50,909 bases of DNA from Streblomastix strix (lineage: Eukaryota). Position numbers and translations under genes: made by a program. A model generated the notes under the pieces. The model searched no databases and was not told where the DNA came from. It saw only the letters and a program-made list of their open reading frames with translations. This document shows positions 24,723-36,800 of the stretch, one piece after another. The DNA lies in the NCBI GenBank assembly GCA_008636045.1, contig SNRW01000005.1, positions 1 through 50,909 of the forward strand. The letters are read 5' to 3'. How positions within the stretch are numbered: the first letter of the stretch is position 1; every line of letters begins with the position of its first letter.

Positions 24723-25476
24723 TTTCAAATAAGATTAAAAATATAAATAATATCTAGTTTACTAAATTATTCATTTGCATAATTTTGACTCTCATGCGTA
24801 TTTGATTCCTGCTTCATAGATAGCTTTTCAAATAACATGCTAATCAATGTAAAGTGGTTCAAATGCTTCAATTGTTATAGTTATATTTGCAATAAACGTT
24901 TATACCAGCGAATTATTAATTATTTGTTCAAAAATTAACATTTTAATTTATGAAAAATAACAAACATAATTTACAGGCATAAATACTAAACTAATCAACA
25001 TACAGTCTCATCAATTTATTCTTATAATTCTTCCATATATTCAGCTCCTAATGTTCTATATCTATTAATAGCACTACATAATCTGTCTTCTACACAGTTT
25101 TAAACAGTCATCCAATGTATTTCTATTTATAATCTTTCTTTCAACATCTCTCGCATTTTAACTGTAGCACTATTTACTTAATTTAAAACTCAGTTCATCA
25201 TTTATTTTACTTCCTTTAGAAAGCCAACTTTGCTGACAAAATTAGATTTGAATAAATTTATTAAATTAATTTAGAATATGTTTATTTACTTATTAGTCAG
25301 TTGTCTTCGATTTTGAGTTTACTTTTTATTAACATTTACTCGGTTAATTTTCAAGCTGTTATGGTTACGATTATATTTCCAATAGGTACTTGATTTCTTT
25401 AACATAAGAAGCAATTTTGTTTAACTATATTACTTGATTATCTATTTTAGATCAAATAAAGAAAGAAATTATTATT

Positions 25477-28400
25477 AAGCTTTGATTTGATAATCATTAG
25501 CTGTTAATCCTTTAAAATAAGGACAACAACATTAATTCTTAAAATGCATTAATTTATTATTGAATTCAGTTAATGCGTATTTTTCCACTTGTATGCTACT
25601 CATTCCATTATCATAAACTTTAAATGTTACGTTAACACCTTTTTTCACTATATCTTTATTAATATCATAAACATAATCTTTATGAGTTATTTCTTATGTT
25701 TTACCTATTCCTTCTGATGTAATTTTTTTTAAATTCGTACTATTATTTTTTTGTTCCATTTATGTTCTATCATTGAATAGCACTTAGATCCAAGTGATAT
25801 TAGTTCATATCTTTAATTTTCTATTACAAATCCAAGTATCTTTTATAGTCATAGATGTTATTATTAGGATCAGGCAAATACTAACATATATGTTAGTCAT
25901 AGGACTATTTATTTGATGGAATAATTTCAAATAATTAATGGTAGTCTTTGTTTGTATAACCTGCAATAGCTATATAGATTGGATCAGTTTCGGCAAGAAC
26001 AGAATGAAATCGCTTGCGGTTAAGACATTTATACATGAAGTTATATATATAAATGAGATACCAATATTTTGCATTATCTAATGTAATAGCTCCTGATTAA
26101 AGTGATGCAAAACAAGTAGCTATCTTAAGTTTAATTTATACTGCAAATGTGTTAGCATTAAAACATCTGGTACCAATGCAATTAGGATGATGCTATGTAA
26201 TGAAAGCATCAGCTTTATCTAATAATTTTTTTTACCAAACTTCTCTGTATTTAGTGTATCATAGCCATATGTTGCGTTAATTATTAATTTATAAAATTTT
26301 TCTTTGGATCATCCTGCAAAGAAAGCTTATATTCTTAAATTCATCATTGTCCTAATAAAAAGCTAATAAGCCGTATTTATCTCAAAAAGTGCAATAGCTT
26401 TTTAATCAATGATGATGAAACCTAGATTAGTAAGAAATGAAAGATAGTAGTTATTGAAAATCATATACTATCCATTAGTTTCAAGTAATGTTGTTAACTT
26501 TCTATCTTTCTTAGTCATTGGAAGTGAATGTTTTTGTGGTTATGAATACATATATTCACCTATCAATTTTTTTTGTTTTCTATCTAAATATTTCTAAATA
26601 TAGGAAGTAGTGCAAGAAAGCTATTGCATTCTGATTTAGTAAAATACCCTTTGACTTTTGCAACAAATATATTCATTCGTTAATATATACAATTTTTAAT
26701 TACATATGGTTTTACTGAATAAAATTTTGATCTTCTTGTCATATATATTCTGTGATCTGTGTAAGGAATATTTTCATTTTTGATAGATGAATTTGAACAG
26801 GGTTAAAGACTATTACCATCAAGAGCAAATACATGAGTAGCAATATTTTCATTAACTTTTGAGAACAATTTATTTGATTATTCATCATATGTTAATTCAT
26901 TTATATGAGTTTCTCCTGAAATATTCTTTTTATGAAACACTGATGCCAGACTGCCTATAATACATTCACATAATAGTTTATATATTCTTTTATCTCTAAT
27001 TGTCATAGATAAGTTGTTATTAATTGCATATTTTCTCATCTTATCATTTTATGATGCTATTTATGGATTTCTATTTGCATGAACAATATTATGTGAAACA
27101 CATGCTGGTAAACAGTTATCTTTTGTATGTGAAAGTTCATTATTTTCTCTATCTAAACTTGGTGGATTCTAATAAATAAATTTAGCGTTACAAATTGAAC
27201 ATACTGATGTTTCAAATAACTTTTTATACTAAACATAGTCATCTGCTATTACATTATTATCTGTTTCTCTACCAGCTTTATAATCTTATTGTTTATAATT
27301 TTAACACTTATTTTTCCAGAACCATTATGTCAATTCAAAATGTTTCGCTTAAGGATTTGGATTAGTGTAATCAGCATTTATATCGAAATCTTCCTAATAA
27401 CTTTATCCTTTACTTTCAAGATTAAACTTATAAGGAAAATAAGTTCAATAATGTTTGTTGCGTATGCATATGATGCAATTTAGATATAATGTAAGACACC
27501 AATGTTGAATTATTCAAAAGTAATAGTTAAATTCTTTAATGGTTTAATCATAATTTCTGTATCATTAATGTTATAGTATTTTAGGTGCTCTAGTTTGTTA
27601 TTGAATCTCTTGTAGTCAATCAAGTATTGATTATATTCATCAAATGAAATAGAATAACCTCATTTATGCCATGATTTAAAATCTTCATATTCAAATAACT
27701 CTATTTTCATTAATATTTCTTTCCAATTCTTTGTGTTAACAATTTCATAAGGAAATACGCCTTTATTTTCTTGAGATAATATATTACCATAATCTTTTAC
27801 GAATGCTTATAATTTCATTGGTCCAAATAAAATCTCTGCATCAATAAATTATTATTTCATATGAGATTTCTTGAGTGTTACCGTTATTAATTTAGTACTA
27901 TTGAGATCACCAATAGGAACATCCATTGTCCAGAGTTCACTATCTAAGGCAACTTATAACAATGCAATATCAAATCTAAAACTATTCCATCCCAATGTCT
28001 TATCACACTTATCAAATGGAAAATTTGAATGATCATATTACATATATTAATATATTTATCCTGCTGATTTGAATGTCTCCGCAAGCCATAGATGAATAAA
28101 AGATGAATTGAGTGGTAATTCAAATTTTAATAATTAATTTTATTAATCAATTGCTATTTCGTCGAATAGTGTATAACATCTTTTCTTTAATTTATGTGTC
28201 TTATCTTTGTTTGGATACACTTCTGTAGATGCAATTGATAATCTAGATAATTGTGAGAGTAATATTGTTTAATCTGTAATTTTCTCCATAATTTAATCAC
28301 TCAATGTTTCAAAATCAAAATTAATAAATCCGTGCTATGCTTAAAATTGATCCAATAATTCATAAACCAATAAGTAGTCTATTGTTGGATGATTTAGTAT

Positions 28401-30008
28401 TGCAGGATATATTGGCACTGGAACATCATGTCATAAGATTGATGGTTGATATGTTGATGATTTAGATTTTTCTACATAAGTATTGAAATATTCATTAGCT
28501 CTTTTGTTAGTTTCTGATAATATTGTTATATAATCATAGCAGTGAGGAAAAATATGAACACCGATAAGTTTTTTTACATTAGATACATACATTACATGTT
28601 ATCTTTTTCTATCATTAATGAGTAATTAGTCAAAAGTCATTGATTCATTATTAAGTTTACCATATGAATTAAATAATTTATACTTACCTGTTTTTCCTTC
28701 TAATTCTTCATGAAAACTGTATATATATTAATCACAAGAAAAAAAATATATCAGCAAATTTAGTCATTTCAGTGGAGATATTGAAATCTTAATAATCTTA
28801 TAATTAATTGTTAAGTGATTAGTCTTTCTTTGCCTTATAATTGTATACTTACTCAAATAGTTAATATTTCTCTTTAATTTTGTAGAGATATGCAAATAAT
28901 TATTTAACAAAAGTTTTTACAGAATGAATAACTACTTCTTCATCAATTTCACTTCTGATTTTATATGCTAACGCCGTAAAGAAATATATTTTATAATCTG
29001 AATCTACATAATGAACTGAATGTTGTTCAACATATTTGTCAAGATATGACATTCTTGTTCCAGTATATATTAATTTATAAGTAGTTAACATTACATTAAC
29101 TATTCCAACTATCAGATTTCTAGTATCATCTACGTTCTTTCCATTAATTCTCTCATCTCTACGAATATAATTACTTTGAATTATTGTAATAATTTCTTAT
29201 CAATAATTGTTCACTTTTAATATTTGAATGCATTATCTAATGAAGGAATTCTAGATGAATATTAATTGTTATTACCATCAAGGTTTATTTATATTTAAAT
29301 TCAAAAATTAATTTAAACATTAAACGGAAGTCCTTTGTACAATTCAAAAATTTTATTTGCAAATTAAAAGAGTTGTTCTTACTAAATTAGTTTATTATAG
29401 TAATGAAGTTTATAAGAAATTTCATCATAAACAACTTCAGCAACTACTTCTTCACCCTTAAATTTATTTACACTTTTTATTGTTTTAATAGCTTCTTCTT
29501 AATCTTCTACATTATATAATTGTAATGCAATTTATGATAATTTATTGTTTCTTTTTAAATTAACAATTGCTGAAAAAGTATTGCAGAAATTAACTTCGTT
29601 TTACATCAATTATTGATTCAAATTATGTTTAAGTTTATTGATTCTATCTTTTATATATTCTATCAACATCAAACTGTTTAACTTTGTGTTGTTCTACATT
29701 ATCATAAGATTCTAATCTATATATATAATTTTTTTGATTCTATCACTATATATTCTATCAACATCAAATTCATTTATAAAAAGTTAATTCTATCTATCAT
29801 GCAACATTTCTATGAAATTTGATTAATTGACATCAATTTCTTACATAATTTATTGATATGTTAATCCAAATTTTTACTGAAAGAATTGATGTACATTATT
29901 AAAGTTTGCTCTACTTTCTGTATAATCTAAATTTTATAATTTAGTTATTAATTCAATATATAATGGACCATATTTCTCTGTTTCATTAATAGGTCTAATA
30001 ATTGCCAT
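25477..30008 (-). pseudogene. Protein-primed family B DNA polymerase (pPolB) with a long N-terminal extension
   Basis: ExoI FINFDFETL, ExoII GWNSFRFDIALL, KGVFPYE, ExoIII LKYYNINDTEIM, motif A FALDGNSLQP (~26795-26840), motif B KFYKLIINATYGYD (~26250-26305), motif C decayed to LAETDPIY (~25975-26000). Confidence 0.92.
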
Positions 30009-30123
30009 TAATCAAAAAATTTCCACTTTTGTGAACATAGATATTTATTTGAAAATAAAAAAGTAATAATAATTATAGATTTATATATTAATTTTTACTA
30101 ATTAATTCTTTCATCTGATGTGA

Positions 30124-30360
30124 ACATTTAGATTAGTTCATAGAATAAAAAAAAGTAATAATATCAATCAAATATTATTCATTTCAATTTGCTGTTATAA
30201 ATAATTAGTTTAGGCAGATAAATAATATTGCACAATATTTGTATCAATTTGCTATAACAAATAACAACATGTGTTGATGACTATCATCATTTGGCTAGGA
30301 CAATTTAGATGATTTGTTCCTAAAAAATTTTGGTATCCAAAAGTTTTGTATATTATCTCT
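30124..30360 (-). repeat. Right terminal inverted repeat
   Basis: ...GGACAATTTAGATGATTTGTTCCTAAAAAATTTTGGTATCCAAAAGTTTTGTATATTATCTCT pairs with the left TIR. Confidence 0.9.
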
Positions 30361-31179
30361 TCTGTTGCACTATCTTATGTTATAAAAGTTCTTCGTTTTA
30401 TACCTTTTTTTGCGGTTCTTTATTATAAGTCCAAAGTTACGCTGGTCTCGATCATGATAAATACAGAACGAGCTCGAATTGAAGTAGAAAAAGCTGGTTC
30501 GTACACGCAGAGGAACCACTATTTAATATTTAATGGGAAATAGATATCCAATCTTCTAATTTCTAAACATTTCTGTAATGAAAATATTATATTATGCTTA
30601 TATGAAAAGTTGAGTTCATATTAAGATGAAGGTTCATGAAAACAAGAACTGAATTGGATAACTAAGCAAAATGGCCTAAATATTTTTATTCTAATGAAAG
30701 TATTACGTCTTTCATCAATATGTTGATTTATATTGCACCTAATAAACTTCTTCATTAGTTTGATCTTTAAGATTTAAAATCCTCCGATGAATATTCTATG
30801 CTATATGAAATAATCTTTCCTGAATTATATATAATGACATAGGTACCTTATCGTTCTTGAAAATAGTACCTTTACAATGACAACGTGCAATTGAATAAGT
30901 TTATTGAGTAGTTTTCCTAAATTTTCTTAATTCAATGGTTGTTTGGCCTAGATGTAGCAAAAGATAAGTAATTAACAGTTACATAATTCCAAAGCCTTGC
31001 AGTTTCGAATAATTACTTTTTTTGAATTTTTTGATCTAATTATCGTAATCATTACAAGATTAAAAATTATTAGAAAGTTTTTTTTGAAAATTTAAATTAA
31101 AAATTTACCAATATTATGCAATTTTTTATAAAATTACGACTATTTTGACTGCGTGTTTTTCTGATTATCCAAAAACTTC

Positions 31180-33430
31180 TAACATTGATCATTCAAATAG
31201 TACGAATGAAATACCATTTGACTAGTATATTGAAATGCTTGTTGCATTTTATGATGTTGATGAGATATTCTCTCGTGTTTCTTCAGATAGGAAACTTACC
31301 GAGGAAACGACTATACTTTCGGACCAAGTTTTTACTGTTGAATCTGGTCTAACAAAAGAAGTTTTGTAAACAAAAGAATTTCTTCAACAGACAGAAAGAA
31401 TATCAACAAATAATATATAATATTACCCAGAATATTCGAAGTCTATTGAAGTAATGAATATTGGAATATCTTCAGATTTTAATTAGTAATAGAACATTAG
31501 TGGATTTCCTGATGCTTAGAATGATACTTTTGATAATTGAAAATCTTCAATTGAAAAAACATTTAATTGGAAAAATAGAAAAAAATTTGCTCAGTTAAAA
31601 TATTTTTGGACGAAGATAATAAATTATTGGAACATAGAATATCAGAATAAAATTGATTTTTTTATCAAAAATATTATCATTATGGCAGTTTTTCTTCAAG
31701 TTACAATCTCATTAACAATTAAATTGATATTAGAAACAAAGATTCTTCATAATCTTTAATATTACTAATAAATATATAACAATCAATAAATGGAGATGTA
31801 ATAGAATCATTTCCTTAAGCACTTCTAATTAATCCAATTTGGACCAATTTTTCAATCGATCTTATATAAAATAACGATAATAATATAAAATAGACTTAAA
31901 TTTATTAAATATTAATTTATGATTATTAAAATTCTTATTCAATTTAATTTATTCCTTCTCCAGGAAGAGTAAATATATTATAAAATGTTAATCTTCAATA
32001 ATATTCAATGCATGTTAAATTATGTCCAGATGAATTTTATGCAAGATCATTATTCTCACTCAAAACACCACATCATTTGGCACAATTTATCTCTTCTAAT
32101 TCTCTTAATAACTCATCTGATTTTAATATTAATTCAATTTTAATCAAATAATAAGTGATAAATTTGAATAATAAAGATGATGAAAAATTTAATTTGAAAA
32201 TATCTACTTATGAAGATATATTGAAAATAGAAGAATCTAAAAATTTAAATCCCGTTCATATATGATATTAATCTAATCATTGATCATTCATATTAAGTAA
32301 GGAAGACGCTTTTCCACTTGAAGTTGCAGCTGTTAGTTGTCTTCTTCTCATTCTTCGTGATGAATTAATGCCCAAACCATTTAATTAAATTTTTATTGCA
32401 TTAAAAGAATCAGGACTGAGAATTATCATATCAACAGGAGCTTTAATTGAAGCAGAACAATATTTTACTTCTTTAGTTAATATTCGCACAGAAATATAAA
32501 CTTTTTATAAAGAATTTATTTTAGATTTTTCAAGAATTTCTCTCGTACTTAATCTGAACGAAAAAGAAATTGATGCATCTTGGATGATTGCAATGAGATA
32601 TTGAGCTGATTTAAACTTCAATAAACATTAATTAGAATCTAATCTTACTTTTTCAATTTCTCTTAATATATCATGGGCTGTTAAACATTATTAGTCATTA
32701 TAATATTTTTTAAAATTAACATAAATAATTTTATTTAGTATAAAACAAGAGAAATGGATGCATGATACAAAAAAAACTAAAGAAATAAAAATATTAATCT
32801 ATTACTAATTGAAATGAAAAATCTATAATCAAAGAAGCTATTAAAAATTTTTCCTAATCAAACCACAATAATAATTCTATAACTTTTAAATCAGCTTTGA
32901 AAGTACTTGAAATAACTGATTTTCCAGAATAGCAAACTGCAATATGCTTTCCGTTTAAAACTTCATTCCAACATACATAGCCCAATAATACAATTTATGA
33001 TATTGTTGGAACAATTATTGAAAACAAAAGATAGCTTAAAATCTTTTAATCAAAAAATCGAACACAAAATCTGTTAAAGATGCTGCTCAAACAAGTGAAG
33101 TAACAATGAAAAAATTATTAACAGCTGCAGAAGATGACATAGATATAATTATATATGAGCAAGATGAGTGGTAAGAAGATGAAAATTAATTTATCTCGAG
33201 TATTTAAAGAGAATTAGACATACAATTAATAAGAGAGATTCAAGTTAAAAATGAAAATGAAATTTATTTGAATGAATCTGAAAGTTAATAAAATATCTAT
33301 GTTAAAAATGATTCAAATTAAGAACACAGTGTTAAAATTTTTGAAGAAATTAAAAAAATATTCATCAGAAATACAAAATGCAAGATGGAAGAAGAAGAAA
33401 AAATGATTTTAGGGATTCAAGTCATATTAA
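31180..33430 (+). pseudogene. Host-like gene of unknown function, disrupted
   Basis: Long table-6 open stretches (e.g. AFPLEVAAVSCLLLILRDELMPKP, DASWMIAMRY) broken by frameshifts and by in-frame TGAs at 32263, 32281 and 32602. Confidence 0.4.
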
Positions 33431-33842
33431 CATGTTTTAATAATTTATACTTTATTATTTAATTACTTTTTTTTAAATAAAGGATTTGAAATTGGCTACA
33501 TTCAATTAAATAATTTTTATTTATAAAGTCGTCTTTTTGGTTGGCAATTTTCTTAAAGTATATAAAGTATAACCTGTTTTGCAACTTTGAATCTTCTATT
33601 AATCAATAAAAATAATCAAAATTTTGTTTTAATAAATAAATTTGTATGTTTATCATAGGGATAGCGCATTTATTATATAAATGCGTTTATTTTACGTACT
33701 TTTCAATATTTTTCTTCGTTTTTATTTTATTTTATTATTTATTCAATTATTTTATATTTATTTTTAGTAGATTATTATCAAAAAAACTTTTTGATTTGAT
33801 TTTATTATTTATTCAATTATTATACATTTAATTTAGTTGATT

Positions 33843-36800
33843 ATGATCAAGAAAAAGAAAGGTGGGCATACATCGGATGAGGGGCCGACTGTACGATAGC
33901 TTGGCAATTATTAAATAGGAGAGATGATAGGCAAAGGCGCTGCAGGGACTGTATATAAAGGAGTCAACCTATAATCTGGTAAATTTGTTGCTATAAAACA
34001 GATACCTGTGGCAAACTTCGCTGAGATTGAGTCTGTAATGAGCGAAATTGAATTATTAAAACTATTAAAACACCCTAATATAGTGAAATATATCGAAACT
34101 GTACGTACTGCAGATACCCTTAATATTGTAACTGAATTTGTTGAGAATGGCTCTTTGCAATCTTTGGTGAAGAAGTTTGGGAAACTTATGGAATCTCTAG
34201 TTCATATGATTATCATGAATGTTTGTGATTTTTTTATATTTGTTTTCTCGTTTTATTGATATTTCTCACAATATTTATACTGTTGTGCCCACAATATAGA
34301 CCCTTAATGGACTTATATATTTGCATAATCAAGGTGTAATTCATAGAGATATAAAAGGTGCTAATATTTTAGTAGCTGGAAATTTTGGATAAGTTAAATT
34401 GGCTGATTTCGGAGTTTCTATGAAATCAAGCGATTAAAATAAAGAAGGAGCTGAAGAAAATGTTGCAGGGACTCCTTATTGGAGTTTGAATATTTTAACG
34501 AGAATTCATTTCGTTTAAAATATATGTTTATATTCTTTGTTTTATTATTCTTCTATTTAGTGGCACCAGAGATCATTGAACTGAAAGGAGCAACCTAAGC
34601 GAGTGACATTTGGAGTTTGGGTTGTACAATCATTGAAATGTTGACAGGTTTATAAAAAAGAATAATAATTATATTATTATTGCGATATTTTTAATATTAA
34701 TTTACTATTTTATTTTATTTTATTTTATTTATTATTTAAATTCTTATTTTTTATTATTTCAATCAAAATTATGTATATCAGGGTCACCTCCATATTTTTC
34801 TCTTCCACCAATGGTTGCACTCTACAAAATTGCTACAGACGATCATCCTCCAGTTCCACCGGGTATTTAGAATAGGAAAGAAGAGGAAATTATTAATATA
34901 TAAATTTTATTTATTTTTATTCAATCCATTTTTTAATACAACAAACAGGGATTTCGTCTTATTTAGAAGATTTTCTCCTTAAATGCTTCAGAAAAGAGCC
35001 TGAACTGAGGGCAACAGGTAAATAACTAATGCAGCATCAGTGGTTAAGCAGAAGAGGATTAGGACCAGTTGTATGAATTATTTATTAATATCATATACTA
35101 ATAAATATTAATTATATTATTAATTATAGAATCCACAACAACTTAACATACCATAAAGCTTAGACAATGATACTAATATAGATAATTAATAATAACCAAA
35201 ACAATCTCCAAATCATCAAATGAATGCAAAATAACCAAATATAACAAAATCGCAATCTTCATCCACGTCAACTTCTCCATAAATTAAATCCAATTAACAT
35301 TCTATAGATGAAATTAGATTTGATGATGATGTAATTTAGGATAAAGATTAATAAAGAAAAGATTAGGATAAACCAAAATAAAGAATTTAAGGATAATTAA
35401 GTGGAAATTAATAGAAAGTTGGTGCTTCACAATCATAATAAGGAAAATTACATTAATAATAATCCATACTTTAATCAGATTCTCCAATTTTTTCACCAAG
35501 ACGTTCAGATTCTAATTAATAATAACAATAATCTAAGCATCAAATAAATTAACCTAAGATGATAAAAAGAGCTAAAACAAATATTGGAATTATGAGTGAA
35601 AGAGATAATTTGAATTTGACTAATAAGAAGAAAGATGAAGATAATTTATCAGAATTCAGTGAATGGGACAATGATAAGAATGTTTCTGTTGGTGGATTGG
35701 GTGCAATTCCATCATCACTGAGCCAATATGTGGAAAAAGATGAGGATGATGCATTTTTATTTGAATCAGAAAATGAGATTGAGAATAATATATCAAAAGA
35801 TAAACATTAGGATTAACATAAGGATAAACATTAGGATAAAGATAAAGACAATAATAAAGAGAGATTAAAAGAGAAGGAGAATATTAAGGAAAAGAAATCA
35901 ACAGACACTAAAAAAGAAAAAGAATAAGGAAAAGAATAAGGAAAAAGTAGAGACTAAGAAAAAGATAAATAAAAACTAAAGAAAGATAATCCTAAGAAAA
36001 TTAGTGATAATGATAATTTTGATGAGTTTGACGATGTTGATTTTAATAAATTTGATAAAAATAAGGATAAACAACAATAGTAATAACAACTATAGAAAGA
36101 AAAAGAGAGTAAAGTGGAAGATGAGTTGATTAAAGAGAAAGAGAAAGAGAAAGAAAAAGAGAAAGTTTTGGATAAAAAGAAAAATGAAGTCAAAGAAAAG
36201 AAAGAGAAAAATGAGCCAAAAACATCAAAACCACTGAAAACTCAAAAAGCTAAAGGGAAAATCAATAAAAAAGACAAAGACAAGAAGAATACAGAAGATA
36301 AAATGGCAGCTCTAGCAAACTACATTGAAGAAGATGATGATGAAGAAAAAGGATTGGCTTAAGTTCTTGATACAAAAATGCTTGATAAATTCATCAGAAA
36401 TTAATAAGAAGAAGATAATTCCGATATTGAGGAAGAAATAATTTAAAAAATATAGAAAGAAAAATCAAGTTAAGATGTTAAAACAACCTCAGATAAATAA
36501 AACAGTGATAATTCATAAGTAAATTCAGAGCATCAATAAATAATTCTTGATGAAGATGAAGAAGAAGAAGAAGAAGAATGGGATGTATTCTCTGATGCTG
36601 ATGAAGATGAATAGAAACTATTATTGATGGAGAAGGAATATGAAGAAGAATAATATGATTCTGAAAGCTCTTCTTTTGAATAATAAGTTGAATTTGATGA
36701 AGATGGAAACATAAAATAGAAAGAATAGTAACAATTGGGAGATAATAATGAAAGTGGGGTGATTAATGAATAGGATGAAATAAATGAATTGAAGAAAATG

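Larger units (their letters stand above)
10027..30360. mobile_element. Endogenous Maverick/Polinton-like virus (~20.3 kb, decayed)
   Basis: Terminal inverted repeats starting AGAGA and ending TCTCT enclose pPolB, rve-type integrase, A32-like ATPase, putative capsid and fibre genes. Genes are densely packed with no evident introns and carry many frameshifts and TGA stops. Confidence 0.92.

Noticed and set aside
8150..30900. Weak resemblance between 8150-8500 and 30560-30900, hinting that the virus split a repeated unit
   Set aside because: Too weak to support by eye; it needs an alignment.
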